A stretch of 48,956 nt of DNA from Verrucomicrobiota bacterium (lineage in GTDB: Bacteria; Verrucomicrobiota; Verrucomicrobiia; Methylacidiphilales; JBCCWR01): contig JBCCWR010000004.1 in the NCBI GenBank assembly GCA_039193385.1, positions 1 to 48,956 of the forward strand. Direction: 5' to 3'. Below the pieces are notes generated by a model. It searched no databases. It saw nothing but the letters and a program-made list of their open reading frames with translations, and was not told where the DNA came from. The stretch's first letter is position 1. Every line of letters begins with the position of its first letter. This document shows positions 20,017-31,900 of this stretch, in pieces. The translations under genes were made by a program, and so were the position numbers.

Positions 20017-20045
20017 TTGACAGCTTTAAGGTGTTAACCTAAAAG
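20017..20045 (+). promoter_or_regulatory. Putative sigma70 promoter for the tRNA-Thr / tuf operon
   Basis: Perfect TTGACA (20017-20022), 17 nt spacer, TAAAAG (20040-20045). Confidence 0.5.
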
Positions 20046-20159
20046 TTTCCTTCCCCTAATTTGTATCCCTGAAGTATATCTAGATGATTTAGGTTAACTT
20101 TAGGTTAAAATTTGGGGTTTAATAAGCTTTGTCCGTAGGTGCGGATTTATGAGTAAACT

Positions 20160-20231
20160 GCCCTTGTAGCTCAGTGGTAGAGCACGTCCTTGGTAAGGAC
20201 GGGGTCGGCGGTTCAAACCCGCTCGAGGGCT
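20160..20231 (+). tRNA. tRNA-Thr (GGT), CCA not encoded
   Basis: Acceptor stem GCCCTTG/CGAGGGC, D arm AGCTCAGTGGTAGAGC, anticodon arm CGTCC-TTGGTAA-GGACG, T loop GTTCAAA. Confidence 0.97.
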
Positions 20232-20325
20232 GTTATAAAAAGTTAACCGGTTGGAACCGGAAAACAAAAAATTAAAAATAATAGATATCATACATTTCTA
20301 GTTTGAGGTTTAAGGAGTAGCAAAA

Positions 20326-21519
20326 ATGGCTAAAGAATCGTTTCAAAGAGACAAGCCGCATGTAAATATTGGAACAATAGGTCACGTTGACCATGGTAAA
20401 ACCACGCTTACTGCTGCGATTACAACAATTTTGGCAAAAGCTGGTAACGCAGAAGCACATGCGTATGACCAAATTGATAACGCGCCTGAAGAAAAAGAGC
20501 GTGGTATTACTATTAATACATCACACGTTGAATACCAGACAGAAAAACGTCACTACGCTCATGTTGACTGTCCTGGTCATGCTGATTATGTAAAAAACAT
20601 GATAACAGGTGCCGCTCAGATGGATGGCGCTATTTTAGTTTGTAGTGCAGCTGATGGACCTATGCCTCAAACACGGGAGCATATTCTTCTTGCTCGTCAA
20701 GTTGGCGTTCCTGCTCTTGTTGTTTTCATGAACAAGACAGATATGGTAGATGATGAAGAACTACTTGAGCTGGTGGAACTTGAAGTTCGAGAACTTCTTA
20801 GCAAATATGAGTTTCCTGGTGACACTATTCCAGTTTGTAAAGGTTCTGCACTAAAAGCTTTAGATTCTGGTGATCCTTCAAGTGACGATGCTAAATGTAT
20901 CATGGAGTTGATGGATGCTGTTGATGAGTACATTCCTCTTCCAGAGCGTCCTAAAGATAAGCCCTTCCTGATGCCTATTGAGGATGTCTTTAATATCGCT
21001 GGTCGTGGAACAGTTGCTACAGGTCGAGTTGAGCGTGGTATTCTTAACCGTAACGATGAAATCGAAATCGTAGGTATTCGTGATACACAGAAGACTGTTG
21101 TAACTGATATTGAGATGTTCCGTAAGATTCTTGATTCCGCGGAAGCTGGAGACAATGTTGGTATTTTATTGCGTGGTGTGAAAAAAGAGGATATCGAGCG
21201 TGGTCAGGTAATGGCTAAGCCCGGAACTATTACCCCTCATACAAAGTTTGATGCTACAGTATATATTTTAAGCAAGGAAGAAGGAGGGCGTCACACGCCG
21301 TTTTTTGGAAACTATCGTCCTCAATTTTACTTCAGAACAACAGATGTAACAGGCGCTATTCAACTCAAAGAAGGTGTTGAGATGGTTATGCCTGGAGATA
21401 ATGTTGAATTTGAAGTAACTCTGATCACTCCAATTGCGATGGAAGAGCAAATGCGCTTTGCGATTCGTGAAGGTGGTCGTACAGTAGGTGCTGGACGTGT
21501 TTCCAAGATCCACGAATAA
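20326..21519 (+). CDS. tuf: Elongation factor Tu
   Basis: [26 protein letters not shown]; AAGGAG Shine-Dalgarno upstream. Confidence 0.99.
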   Translation: MAKESFQRDKPHVNIGTIGHVDHGKTTLTAAITTILAKAGNAEAHAYDQIDNAPEEKERGITINTSHVEYQTEKRHYAHVDCPGHADYVKNMITGAAQMDGAILVCSAADGPMPQTREHILLARQVGVPALVVFMNKTDMVDDEELLELVELEVRELLSKYEFPGDTIPVCKGSALKALDSGDPSSDDAKCIMELMDAVDEYIPLPERPKDKPFLMPIEDVFNIAGRGTVATGRVERGILNRNDEIEIVGIRDTQKTVVTDIEMFRKILDSAEAGDNVGILLRGVKKEDIERGQVMAKPGTITPHTKFDATVYILSKEEGGRHTPFFGNYRPQFYFRTTDVTGAIQLKEGVEMVMPGDNVEFEVTLITPIAMEEQMRFAIREGGRTVGAGRVSKIHE

Positions 21520-21540
21520 AAGTATTTTGAACATTTTTAA

Positions 21541-21587
21541 ACGAGAGTTAATCTGGAGCTAATAAAAATTAGCTCCAGCTGCCTCGT
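21541..21587 (+). other. Strong stem-loop between tuf and tRNA-Trp
   Basis: CTGGAGCTAAT-AAAA-ATTAGCTCCAG (21553-21578), extended by ACGAG/CTCGT. Confidence 0.7.
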
Positions 21588-21591
21588 CTTT

Positions 21592-21664
21592 AGGGTAGTA
21601 GCTCAATTGGTAGAGCAGCGGTCTCCAAAACCGCAGGTTGAGAGTTCGAGTCTCTCCTGCCCTG
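21592..21664 (+). tRNA. tRNA-Trp (CCA), CCA end not encoded
   Basis: Acceptor stem AGGGTAG/CTGCCCT, anticodon arm GCGGT-CTCCAAA-ACCGC, T arm GAGAGTTCGAGTCTCTC. Confidence 0.97.
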
Positions 21665-21676
21665 TATAAATAACTT

Positions 21677-21979
21677 ATGGAGCAATTACTCATTAATAAT
21701 AGCTGGCCTCTGACAATTGCTATCTACCTTATAGGTGCAATTATTCTTGCTGCTGTTGTAGTCAAACGTCAGTCTATTTTGAAATTTTCAGGTGAAGTTC
21801 GCACAGAGCTTGCGAAATGCACTTGGCCCTGGGACAAAGATCAGACTGGGTTGCGTAAATATAAACCGCTGATTGAAACTACAGTGATGATTATTATTTG
21901 CACGATCATGTTGGCAGGGTACATAGCTTTCTTTGATTTATTAATTAACAAATTTGTTCGTTTGTTAGTCAGTTTTTAA
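21677..21979 (+). CDS. secE: Preprotein translocase subunit SecE
   Basis: F..EVRTELAKCTWP motif plus TM; between tRNA-Trp and nusG. Confidence 0.93.
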   Translation: MEQLLINNSWPLTIAIYLIGAIILAAVVVKRQSILKFSGEVRTELAKCTWPWDKDQTGLRKYKPLIETTVMIIICTIMLAGYIAFFDLLINKFVRLLVSF

Positions 21980-21982
21980 AAA

Positions 21983-22618
21983 ATGAATGAGGAAGATCAC
22001 AATGATAATGTCAGTTCTGAAATGACTGAGGAAGCAGTTACGGCTCAGACCGAGGAGAAAATACAGAAGTACCCATCTCAATGGTTTACAGTACATGTGC
22101 TATCCGGACAGGAAGGCACGGTGGAGCGTTACATGCGCAACCGTTTGCAGCAAGTTGAATTGGGTGACTACATTCATCAAATTGTAATCCCTACAGAACG
22201 TGTTTCTGAAGTGAAACGGGGTAAAAAGATAGAAACAGACCGTAAACTCTACCCAGGATATGTCTTCGTTGATATGTATTTGTATGATGAAGATGAGAAT
22301 ATGAATGAGGAGCCCTGGTATTTTGTAACTGAAACTCCAGGGGTTATAGGTTTTGCGGATGGGGATCGCCCTATTCCAATGAGAGCAAGCGAGGTGGAAG
22401 CAATGCTTGCTCAAGTAAAAGAAAAAGAAGACCGAGTCGTACCGAAGATTTCGTTCGCGGTTGGAGACAAGGTTCGAGTTGGAGATGGCCCGTTCCAATC
22501 GCAGGAGGGTGTCATTGAGGAAGTAGATCCAGAGAAAGGTCGAGTACGCGTTGCAGTGAGCATTTTCGGTAGGTCGACCCCGGTTGAGCTGGAATATTGG
22601 CAAGTTGAAAAATTATAG
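21983..22618 (+). CDS. nusG: Transcription elongation factor NusG
   Basis: [21 protein letters not shown] motif [22 protein letters not shown]. Confidence 0.98.
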   Translation: MNEEDHNDNVSSEMTEEAVTAQTEEKIQKYPSQWFTVHVLSGQEGTVERYMRNRLQQVELGDYIHQIVIPTERVSEVKRGKKIETDRKLYPGYVFVDMYLYDEDENMNEEPWYFVTETPGVIGFADGDRPIPMRASEVEAMLAQVKEKEDRVVPKISFAVGDKVRVGDGPFQSQEGVIEEVDPEKGRVRVAVSIFGRSTPVELEYWQVEKL

Positions 22619-22626
22619 AGGTTATC

Positions 22627-23052
22627 ATGGCTAAAGAAGTTGTAGGATCAATTAAATTACAGATACCTGCCGGACAAGCAAATCCGGCACCTCCTGTGGG
22701 ACCTGCTCTGGGGCAGGCTGGTATTAATATTATGGCTTTTTGCAAAGAGTTTAATGCAAAAACACAGAAAGAAAGTGGAACGATTCTGCCTGTAGTAATT
22801 ACGGTTTATAAAGACAAGAGCTTTACATTTGTCACAAAGTCGCCGCCAGCTTCTGTTTTATTAAAGAAAGCAGCAGGCATTGCATCAGGCTCAAAAGAAC
22901 CTAATCGTGAAAAGGTTGGGAAAGTGACTCGTGCACAGGTTATGGAAATTGTTAAAACGAAAATTAAAGATTTGAATGCTCGTGATGATGAAGCTGCTTT
23001 CCGCATAATAGCTGGAACGGCTCGTCAAGCCGGTATAGAGATTGTTGATTAG
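22627..23052 (+). CDS. rplK: 50S ribosomal protein L11
   Basis: [22 protein letters not shown]. Confidence 0.99.
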   Translation: MAKEVVGSIKLQIPAGQANPAPPVGPALGQAGINIMAFCKEFNAKTQKESGTILPVVITVYKDKSFTFVTKSPPASVLLKKAAGIASGSKEPNREKVGKVTRAQVMEIVKTKIKDLNARDDEAAFRIIAGTARQAGIEIVD

Positions 23053-23079
23053 CCAGGTCGAGTGATCAGGTGAAATTGA

Positions 23080-23109
23080 GTAGGAGAGACTAACTCTCGC
23101 TTGAACTAC
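23080..23109 (+). promoter_or_regulatory. Putative L1-binding autoregulatory RNA site upstream of rplA
   Basis: GTAGGAGAG-ACTAA-CTCTCGCTTGAACTAC: outer stem GTAG/CTAC with GGAG...CGC..AA internal loop, resembling known L1 mRNA sites; a second hairpin follows at 23113-23133. Confidence 0.6.
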
Positions 23110-23145
23110 AAACCCGCATATAATATGTGCGGGAGAAAGAATAGA

Positions 23146-23847
23146 ATGCCTAAATTAAGAAGTAAAAGATACCGCAAAGCGGCTGAACTTGTCGTAGATG
23201 GCAAGTCCTATGAACTTATAGAAGCTGTAGAGCTTTTGAAAAAAATGCCTCATGGCAAGTCTGATCCTACGGTTGATCTGGCTTTTAGCTTAGGGGTTGA
23301 TCCACGTCAAAGCGACCAAATGGTCCGTGGCACTGTTGCATTACCACATGGTTCAGGTAAATCAGTACGTGTTCTTGTATTTGCCAAAGGCAAGGCAGCA
23401 GATTCTGCAAAAGAGGCTGGTGCAGAACATGTCGGTTTTGAAGAACTTATCAAAAAAGTTCAAGATGGGTTTCAGGACTTTGATGTGGCTGTGGCTACAC
23501 CTGAAGCCATGCAAGAAGTTCGTAAGCTCGGTAGGGTGCTTGGCCCTCGTGGTTTAATGCCAAATCCGAAAACTGGTACGGTGACAGATGATACTGCTGC
23601 TGCGGTTACTGCATGCAAAGCAGGGCGCGTTGAGTTTAAAGTAGACAAGACATCTAATCTACATGTTGTGTGTGGTAAGGTTTCATTTGATGATAGCAAA
23701 CTTCAGGAGAATGCATTGGCTGTGATTGATGCAATTAAAAAGGCTAAACCTGCAAGTTCTAAGGGACGATATGTAAAAACTTGTTTTCTGAGTGCTACTT
23801 TTTCACCCAGCATCGAAGTAGATATTAACAAGATTCTGAAAAATTAA
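23146..23847 (+). CDS. rplA: 50S ribosomal protein L1
   Basis: [30 protein letters not shown]; start set at ATG 23146 (MPKLRSKRY). Confidence 0.98.
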   Translation: MPKLRSKRYRKAAELVVDGKSYELIEAVELLKKMPHGKSDPTVDLAFSLGVDPRQSDQMVRGTVALPHGSGKSVRVLVFAKGKAADSAKEAGAEHVGFEELIKKVQDGFQDFDVAVATPEAMQEVRKLGRVLGPRGLMPNPKTGTVTDDTAAAVTACKAGRVEFKVDKTSNLHVVCGKVSFDDSKLQENALAVIDAIKKAKPASSKGRYVKTCFLSATFSPSIEVDINKILKN

Positions 23848-23862
23848 GAGGGGAGAAAGACT

Positions 23863-24375
23863 ATGGTACCTGAAAAACAGACAATACTTGATGATTTAAG
23901 ACAAAATCTAAACGACTCCCCTTATTTATTGGTAGCAGATTATGGAGGTATGAAAGTTGATCAGCTTTCAGAGTTGCGCAATCGCCTCGCGGAAGTTGAT
24001 GCAGAATTTCATGTGGTTAAGAATACATTGTTAGCTAAGTCACTGGAAGCCGAAGAATTTCCTGAGCTTAACGGACATCTTGCAGGACAAACTGCGGTTT
24101 GTTATGGAAAAGCTGATGTTTCGTCGGCTGCAAAAGTGTTGAAGAATTTTGCTTCTGAATTTGAAAAACCTAATGTGCGTGCAGGTATTGTAGACCGAGC
24201 CGTTATTGATGCAGACCAAGTGAAAGCTATTGCAGATCTTCCATCACGAGAAGTTCTTCTAGCTAAGATTCTTGGTTTGCTTAATACGCCTGCTGGCCAG
24301 TTGGCACGTATTATAAACACACCTGCTGGACAACTTGCTCAGGTGTTGAAGGCGAAAGCTGAAAAGGGAGAATAA
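23863..24375 (+). CDS. rplJ: 50S ribosomal protein L10
   Basis: DYGGM.V..LR, VVKNTL, LPSREVLLA. Confidence 0.97.
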   Translation: MVPEKQTILDDLRQNLNDSPYLLVADYGGMKVDQLSELRNRLAEVDAEFHVVKNTLLAKSLEAEEFPELNGHLAGQTAVCYGKADVSSAAKVLKNFASEFEKPNVRAGIVDRAVIDADQVKAIADLPSREVLLAKILGLLNTPAGQLARIINTPAGQLAQVLKAKAEKGE

Positions 24376-24381
24376 AATTTA

Positions 24382-24532
24382 AGAGTTCATCGCAATAGCA
24401 ATGAACTCTATTTGATAAAGGTAAATAAGCTCGTTCTAGCTCGGGAGCCTTTCCGAGATAATTCAACAGCGGGTGCTGTTGGCTAGGCTGGCAATAACTG
24501 AGGAGAAGCAAATCTGGTTCTAATGAACTCAG
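24382..24532 (+). ncRNA. Candidate structured cis-regulatory RNA in the rplJ-rplL spacer
   Basis: Hairpin AGAGTTCAT/ATGAACTCT; hairpins CTCGGGA/TTCCGAG and CAACAGC/GCTGTTG closed by CTAG/CTAG; CTGAG/CTCAG. Confidence 0.45.
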
Positions 24533-24547
24533 AAAGCTAATAAAAAT

Positions 24548-24937
24548 ATGGCAGCAGATCTAGATACAATTGTAGATCAACTTAGCGACCTAAGCGTTCT
24601 GCAAGCAGCAGACTTAGTCAAGAAGTTAGAAGATAAATGGGGTGTCAGCGCAGCAGCGCCTGTCGCAGCAGTGGCAGCAGCTCCTGCAGGTGGCGGAGGT
24701 GATGCAGCCCCTGCTGAAGAAAAAACATCCTTTGACGTTGTGCTTGCAGAGGTCGGCGGAAACAAAATCGCCGTTATTAAAGAAGTTCGTGGCGCAGTGG
24801 ATGGACTTGGACTTGCCGATGCCAAGAAAATGGTTGAAGGCGCTCCTACACCTATTAAAGAAGGTGCCTCCAAGGAAGAAGCTGAAGAGATTAAAAAGAA
24901 ACTCGAAGCTGCAGGTGCTAAAGTTGAGATTAAATAA
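24548..24937 (+). CDS. rplL: 50S ribosomal protein L7/L12
   Basis: [11 protein letters not shown] hinge, [30 protein letters not shown]. Confidence 0.99.
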   Translation: MAADLDTIVDQLSDLSVLQAADLVKKLEDKWGVSAAAPVAAVAAAPAGGGGDAAPAEEKTSFDVVLAEVGGNKIAVIKEVRGAVDGLGLADAKKMVEGAPTPIKEGASKEEAEEIKKKLEAAGAKVEIK

Positions 24938-24955
24938 AATTATTAAGTATTTTAT

Positions 24956-25007
24956 AACCGGGGTGTCTGAGTGGGCATTCCCGGTTTTCTCACCCGCCGG
25001 AGGGTGA
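24956..25007 (+). promoter_or_regulatory. Tandem GC-rich hairpins in the rplL-rpoB spacer (attenuator or processing site candidate)
   Basis: AACCGGG..TGTCT-GAGT-GGGCA..CCCGGTT followed by a T run, then TCACCC-GCCGGA-GGGTGA. Confidence 0.55.
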
Positions 25008-25062
25008 AAGCAAAGTAAGCGGATTAATACAGATATAGAAAAGAGAGCGAGGCGCAAACTAA

Positions 25063-28000
25063 ATGGCTACATCTTATACAGTAGGAGTTAGAAATAATTT
25101 CGGCAAAATTGGTGATGCGGTAGAAATGCCGAACCTGATTGAAGTTCAGTTAAAATCCTATGAGGATTTTTTGCAGGCTCATGTTGAACTCAAGAAAAGA
25201 AAAAATGAGGGGTTACAGGCAGTTTTTAAAGAAGTTTTTCCAATTGAAAGTTACGACGAAAAAATAACTTTAGATTTTGTTTCGTATGAAATAGCAGAAC
25301 CTAAAATGAGTCCTCTCGAATCCCAAAGGGAAGGTAACACATTTGCCGCGCCTCTCTATGTTACTTTTCGCTTAAAAAACGAAGACAATGTTCTAGAAGA
25401 AAAAGTTTATATGGGAGAGCTCCCGTTGATGACTCCCCAGGGCACTTTTATTGTCAACGGTGCTGAGCGTTCCGTAGTTAGCCAATTACATCGTTCTCCG
25501 GGAATCTGCTTTGAATCTTCTATTCATACAAATGGTAAGACACTTTATTCTTTTCGTATTATACCAGACCGCGGTTCATGGTTAGAAGTCGTCTTTGATA
25601 CAAGTGATATGCTTTACGTGCATTTGGACCGCCGTAAACGTCGCCGTAAATTTCTCGTCACTACGTTCCTGCGCGCATTGGGTTATAGCTCAGATGAGGA
25701 CATTATTTCACTATTTTATCAGATAGAAGATCTCACGCTTGTTCCGGATATGGATGAAAACGAAATCAGTCGTTTCGTTTTGATCGAAGAAATCCGTGAT
25801 ACAGCTAACCAGGATTTGATTGTTGCACGTGCTTTTGAACCTCTAACGAAATCAGTGGTTCGCCAACTGTTAGACTTGGGTCTGAATGACGTGCCTGTCG
25901 TCGACATTAGTAATGATGACACCATCATTCGTTGTTTGAAAAAAGATCCTACAAGAGACACAGAAGAAGCTTTAAAGGACATTTACAAGAGATTGCGCCC
26001 TGGCGATCCTCCGACCGTTACTAATGCCAAGGCGTTGCTAAAGAGACTCTTTTTTGACCCGAAGCGTTACGATATCGGCCGTGTCGGTCGTTATAAGATT
26101 AACCAGAAACTGAATATCGACGTGGATATTTCCACACGTACCCTGGTTAATGAAGATATTGTCGCTGCGACTAGTTATGTCATTAACCTTCGTCAAGGCG
26201 AAGGAACTACGGATGATATTGACCACTTAGGTAGCCGCCGTGTTAGAGCCGTTGGTGAACTGCTAGCTAATCAATGTCGCACAGGTTTGGCTAGAACAGA
26301 ACGTTTGGTTAAAGAACGTATGACACTCTTTGATGTGAATACGGAGGGTATGACGCCTCAAAAACTCATTAATCCGAAAGCGCTTTCTGCTGTCATTCGT
26401 GACTTCTTTGGCCGCAGTCAATTATCACAATTGATGGATCAGACGAATCCTCTTTCCGAGCTGACACATAAGCGTCGACTCTCTGCGTTGGGTCCTGGTG
26501 GTTTAAGCCGTGACCGTGCGGGCTTCGAAGTTCGAGATGTTCATCCTTCTCACTATGGGCGTATCTGTCCGATTGAAACACCAGAAGGTCCCAATATTGG
26601 ATTAATTTCATCCATGTCCACTTTCTCACAAATGAATGAGTTTGGCTTTATTGAAACTCCCTACCGGCGTGTTGAAAAAGGGCGTGTTACAGGTGATGTT
26701 CACTATCTAACAGCCGATCAAGAAGAGGCGTTCATAGTGGCACAGGCAAATGCCCCTATTGATGAAAAAGGTAAGTTTGTTAACCCTAAAGTTTCCGTCC
26801 GTTATCGCGGTGAATTCATGGAAGTAGAACCAGACCGTGTTCACTACATGGATGTTTCTCCTAAGCAGCTTGTTTCTGTGGCCGCGAGTTTGATTCCATT
26901 TCTTGAGCATGATGATGCAAACCGTGCACTTATGGGCTCAAATATGCAACGTCAGGGAGTGCCTCTCGTGCGCACAGATGCTCCTTTAGTCGGCACGGGT
27001 ATGGAAGCTAAGGTTGCCCGTGATTCTCATGCAGTGATTGTTACGGAAATTTCCGGAAAAGTCGCTTCTGTCACGGCCAAATCTATCGTTATCACAAAAG
27101 ATGGAACACTTCCTGATAAGAAGAAGCTAAAGCACAATCCTGAAGAAGGCATAGTAGTGTACAAGCTTCGTAAATTTATGCGCTCTAATGCAGGAACTTG
27201 TATCAACCAGAAGCCGCTTGTAGTGAAAGGACAGAAACTTTCCAAAGGTACTGTTATTGCAGATGGAGCTTGTACAGACAATGGCGAGTTGGCCTTAGGA
27301 CGTAATGTGCTTGTAGCCTTTATGCCTTGGAATGGTTATAACTTTGAGGATGCTATTCTTATTAACGAGAAGATCGTTAAAGAAGATATTTACACAAGTA
27401 TTCATATCGACAGCTTTGAAATTTCAGCTCGTGATACGAAGCTTGGTCCTGAAGAAATTACTCGTGATATTCCTAATGTTGGAGATGAAGCACTGAAGAA
27501 TCTTGGTCCTGATGGTGTCGTTCGTATTGGAGCGGAAGTTCATCCTGGAGACATTCTAGTTGGTAAAATTACCCCAAAAAGTGAAACAGAGCTAGCACCT
27601 GAAGAGCGACTTCTGAGAGCTATATTTGGTGAAAAAGCCGCTGATGTTAAGGACTCCTCCTTGGTAGTTCCTTCCGGGACAAATGGGATTGTCATGGACG
27701 TTAAAGTGACCTCTGGTAGCACTAAAATTCAAACACAAAAACTTTCTCCATCTGAAGCAAAGCGACAGAGTAAAGCTATTGATGATAAGTATGAGAAAAA
27801 GGTTGCGGAATTAACGGAGGAGCTTACCCAAGCTCTCTCAAATATTCTGTTGAATGAAAAGATTCCTTTAGATGTTGTCAATGCAGAGACGGGCGAGATC
27901 ATTATTCCTGCAAACCGTAAGATTACTAAAACTCTGCTACGTAAAATGGCCGCAGTTTATGACCATATAGAAATCGATCCTTCTCCTATTCGTATCAAAA

Positions 28001-28899
28001 TTCGTGAAATCATCAGCAATTTCGAAGCGCGTTTTCAGCAGCTTGAAAATGAAAAAGAAGTTGAAATGGATCGTGTTCAGGCTGGAGATGAAGTTGATCC
28101 GGGAATAATCAAGCAAGTTAAAGTTTTTGTAGCATCTAAGCGTAAACTGCAAGTGGGTGATAAGATGGCAGGCCGTCATGGTAACAAGGGCGTTGTGGCT
28201 AAGATTGTTCCAGAAGAGGACATGCCTTTCATGCCGGATGGCACTCCGGTTGAGATTGTTTTGAATCCTCTAGGCGTACCTTCACGTATGAACGTAGGTC
28301 AAGTTTTGGAGACGCATTTGGGTATCGCAGCTAAGACGCTAGGTTTTAAAGTCGCAACTCCTGTTTTTGATGGGATTCCAGAATCTCAGATTCGTGCCTT
28401 TTTGCAGGAAGCTGGGAAAGACCCCGATGGTAAATCTTATCTCTTTGATGGACGTACAGGTGAAAGATTTGATCAGCGTGTGGTTGTTGGTCAGATTTAT
28501 ATGTTGAAGCTTGGCCACCTTGTAGCAGATAAAATTCATGCTCGTGCGGTTGGTCCTTACTCTCTTGTTACGCAGCAGCCTCTAGGTGGTAAAGCTCAGT
28601 ATGGCGGTCAGCGCTATGGAGAAATGGAAGTTTGGGCTATGGAAGCTTATGGTGCTGCTTACACATTGCAGGAGCTTTTAACGGTTAAGTCAGATGACGT
28701 TCCAGGAAGAACTAAGATTTATGAGAGCATAGTTAAAGGAGATAATTCTCTGGAGGCAGGAACGCCTGAGTCCTTTAACGTATTGATCAAAGAGATGCAG
28801 AGTCTGTGTCTCGATGTAAAAGTTGGTGAGCGAACGAAGCGCTGGAAAGAGAGCGTCAAGAAGCGCGACAACGAAGTGGAACAAATAGAAGCGGCATAA
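25063..28899 (+). CDS. rpoB: RNA polymerase beta subunit
   Basis: [46 protein letters not shown]. Confidence 0.99.
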   Translation: MATSYTVGVRNNFGKIGDAVEMPNLIEVQLKSYEDFLQAHVELKKRKNEGLQAVFKEVFPIESYDEKITLDFVSYEIAEPKMSPLESQREGNTFAAPLYVTFRLKNEDNVLEEKVYMGELPLMTPQGTFIVNGAERSVVSQLHRSPGICFESSIHTNGKTLYSFRIIPDRGSWLEVVFDTSDMLYVHLDRRKRRRKFLVTTFLRALGYSSDEDIISLFYQIEDLTLVPDMDENEISRFVLIEEIRDTANQDLIVARAFEPLTKSVVRQLLDLGLNDVPVVDISNDDTIIRCLKKDPTRDTEEALKDIYKRLRPGDPPTVTNAKALLKRLFFDPKRYDIGRVGRYKINQKLNIDVDISTRTLVNEDIVAATSYVINLRQGEGTTDDIDHLGSRRVRAVGELLANQCRTGLARTERLVKERMTLFDVNTEGMTPQKLINPKALSAVIRDFFGRSQLSQLMDQTNPLSELTHKRRLSALGPGGLSRDRAGFEVRDVHPSHYGRICPIETPEGPNIGLISSMSTFSQMNEFGFIETPYRRVEKGRVTGDVHYLTADQEEAFIVAQANAPIDEKGKFVNPKVSVRYRGEFMEVEPDRVHYMDVSPKQLVSVAASLIPFLEHDDANRALMGSNMQRQGVPLVRTDAPLVGTGMEAKVARDSHAVIVTEISGKVASVTAKSIVITKDGTLPDKKKLKHNPEEGIVVYKLRKFMRSNAGTCINQKPLVVKGQKLSKGTVIADGACTDNGELALGRNVLVAFMPWNGYNFEDAILINEKIVKEDIYTSIHIDSFEISARDTKLGPEEITRDIPNVGDEALKNLGPDGVVRIGAEVHPGDILVGKITPKSETELAPEERLLRAIFGEKAADVKDSSLVVPSGTNGIVMDVKVTSGSTKIQTQKLSPSEAKRQSKAIDDKYEKKVAELTEELTQALSNILLNEKIPLDVVNAETGEIIIPANRKITKTLLRKMAAVYDHIEIDPSPIRIKIREIISNFEARFQQLENEKEVEMDRVQAGDEVDPGIIKQVKVFVASKRKLQVGDKMAGRHGNKGVVAKIVPEEDMPFMPDGTPVEIVLNPLGVPSRMNVGQVLETHLGIAAKTLGFKVATPVFDGIPESQIRAFLQEAGKDPDGKSYLFDGRTGERFDQRVVVGQIYMLKLGHLVADKIHARAVGPYSLVTQQPLGGKAQYGGQRYGEMEVWAMEAYGAAYTLQELLTVKSDDVPGRTKIYESIVKGDNSLEAGTPESFNVLIKEMQSLCLDVKVGERTKRWKESVKKRDNEVEQIEAA

Positions 28900-28926
28900 C
28901 CCTGAAGCACAGGAAGATAAAATAGA

Positions 28927-31900
28927 ATGAGTATCGATATTCAATCAGCACGCGAAGTCCTTGGAGCGGAGAGATCCGTCGGGTTTGATGAAGTTAACAT
29001 AACTGTTGCAGCTCCAGACACTGTCATGTCTTGGAGCCGTGGTGAAGTTAAAAACCCTGAGACGATTAATTACCGAACCTTTAAACCTGAAAAGGGCGGT
29101 TTGTTTTGTGAGCGTATCTTCGGTCCTACTAAGGATTATGAGTGCGCTTGTGGTAAGTATAAAAGAATTAAGTATAAAGGGGTTATCTGTGATCGCTGTG
29201 GTGTTGAAGTAACACTGGCACGTGTGCGTCGTGAACGCATGGGCCACATTGAGTTAGCTGTTCCAGTCTCACACATCTGGTTTTACAAGTGCATGCCCAG
29301 CCGTATTGGTCTCATGATGGATATGACGGCAAGAGAGTTGGAACGTGTTATTTACTATGAGGACTATCTTGTAATTGATGAAGGTAATACACCTTTACAA
29401 CCTAAACAATTGCTCAGTGAAGTGGAATATCGTGAAGCCCAAGATCAGTATGGTGAAGGCTCCTTTACTGCTAAGATGGGGGCTGAAGCGATACGTGATG
29501 TGCTTAAGAAGCTTGACCTTGCAGCAACAATTGATGATTTACAGGAAACTCTTGATACAACTAAGAGTAAGCAACTTCGCAAAAAACTGGCTAAGCGTCT
29601 TAAATTAGTTCAGGGGTTCTTACAATCAGGCACTCGTCCCGAGTGGATGATCTTGGAAACGTGTCCGGTTATTCCACCTGATCTTCGTCCTCTGGTTCCA
29701 CTTGAGGGAGGACGTTTTGCTACTTCAGACTTAAACGACTTATACCGTCGGGTTATCAATCGTAACAACCGTCTTCGTACATTACTGCAGCTTAAAACAC
29801 CTGAGGTCATCATTCGTAATGAAAAACGTATGTTGCAAGAGGCTGTCGATGCATTGCTTGATAATGGACGTCATGGTCGTCCAGTTACAGGTGCGGGTAA
29901 TCGTCCGCTGAAATCCCTTTCTGATATGCTTAAAGGTAAAAGCGGTCGTTTCCGTATGAACCTTCTAGGTAAGCGTGTCGATTATTCAGGACGTTCGGTA
30001 ATTGTTATCGGTCCTGAGTTGAAGATCCATCAATGCGGTCTTCCTAAGAAGATGGCCTTAGTTCTATTTGAGCCATTCATCATTCGGAGGTTGAAGGAAA
30101 TGGGCTATGTGCACACCGTGCGCAGCGCTAAAAAGATGATCGAGCGAAAAGAAACGATTGTTTGGGATATTCTTGAGGAAGTGACACAAGAACACCCAGT
30201 TTTGTTGAACCGTGCTCCAACCCTTCACCGACTCTCTGTTCAGGCTTTTGAGCCGACGTTGATAGAAGGTTCAGCGATTCGCTTGCATCCTTTGACATGT
30301 ACTGCTTATAACGCAGATTTTGATGGAGATCAGATGGCTGTGCATATTCCTCTCTCTGTGGAAGCGCAGCTAGAGGCTCGCGTGTTTATGCTTGCCCCGA
30401 ATAATATCTTTGGTCCTTCAAACGGTAAGCCTATTACTACTCCTTCACAGGATATTACGTTGGGTTGTTACTACATCACTCAAAAGAAAAAGATGAAGAA
30501 GAGTAATGGGGACAAGCCACGTTTAAGCATTATGGAAGATGCAGATGAAGTTTTGTATGCTTATGATGAAAAGATCATAGGTATTCATGATGCTATTCTC
30601 ATGAAAAATCCTGATTACGGGCGTGACACTGTCTTTGGTGACAAAGAAAACAAGATGATCGAAACCACACCCGGTCGAGTGCTCTTTAACGGAATCTGGC
30701 CGGATGAACTTGGTTACTATAATGAAACTGCAGGTAAAAAGCAGCTAGGCGTAATCATCCATCGTTGTTACCAAGTTTGTGGGCATGAGATGACTGTTAA
30801 AGTTCTTGATAGGCTTAAGGATCTTGGATTCAAGCGTGCTACTGCCGCAGGTATTTCTATCGGTATTGATGACATGATCATTCCAGATGAAAAAGAGCAA
30901 ATTGTAAAAAATGCCCACAATGAGGTAAATACTGTTGAGAAACAATATCGCATGGGTGCTATCACAGATGGTGAGCGTTACAATAAGATTGTTGATATCT
31001 GGACTCAAGCGACAGAAGAAATTTCCAGTGTGATGCTACGTACACTTCAATTTAATAAAGGCTTGGAAGAATTTAACCCTGTTTATCTGATGGTGGATTC
31101 CGGTGCTCGTGGTAACCGTAACCAGGTTCGTCAGTTGGCAGGTATGCGTGGTCTGATGGCTAAGCCATCAGGTGAGATTATTGAGCGTCCTATTGTTGCT
31201 AGCTTCCGCGAAGGGCTTTCTGTATTAGAATACTTCATCAGTTCACACGGTGCACGTAAAGGTCTTGCAGATACAGCACTAAAGACGGCGGACTCAGGCT
31301 ATATGACTCGTAAGCTTGTTGATGTTGCTCATGACGTGATTGTGACAGAAGAAGATTGTGGGACGGTAAAAGGCATTTGGGTGAAAGCTATTTACGAAGG
31401 CGAAGATGAGATCGTCAGTCTAGCTGACCGTATTCTTGGTCGTGTTTCATGTGATGATATTCATGATTCGGATGGTAATACCGTAGTGGCAGCAAATGAT
31501 CTTATTGATGAAACCAAAGCAAATATGATTGATAAGCTCGGTCAAGAACGCGTGCGTATCCGTTCGGTTCTGACATGTGAGACCCGTCGTGGTGTTTGTT
31601 CTAAGTGTTATGGTCTGAACTTGGCCAGTGGTAAAGTTGCAAAACTTGGAGAAGCGATTGGTATCATTGCTGCGCAATCCATCGGTGAACCTGGAACGCA
31701 GTTGACTATGCGTACTTTCCACATTGGGGGTACGGCCTCACAGGTATTTAAGCAACCTCAGATCAAAGCACGTAACAAGGGTACGATTCAATATTCAGAG
31801 CTGCGTGTGGTTAAAGCATTAGATGGTAACTATATTGCCCTTAATAAAAATGGCTCGGTAAGTATTCATGCCGATGATGGACGTGAGCTTGAGCGCTATA

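Noticed and set aside
20100-20291. 63-aa minus-strand ORF
   Set aside because: It is antisense to tRNA-Thr and its promoter region.
24282-24344. Near-tandem repeat at the end of rplJ (LNTPAGQLA / INTPAGQLA)
   Set aside because: These are the normal repeated L12-binding helices of L10.
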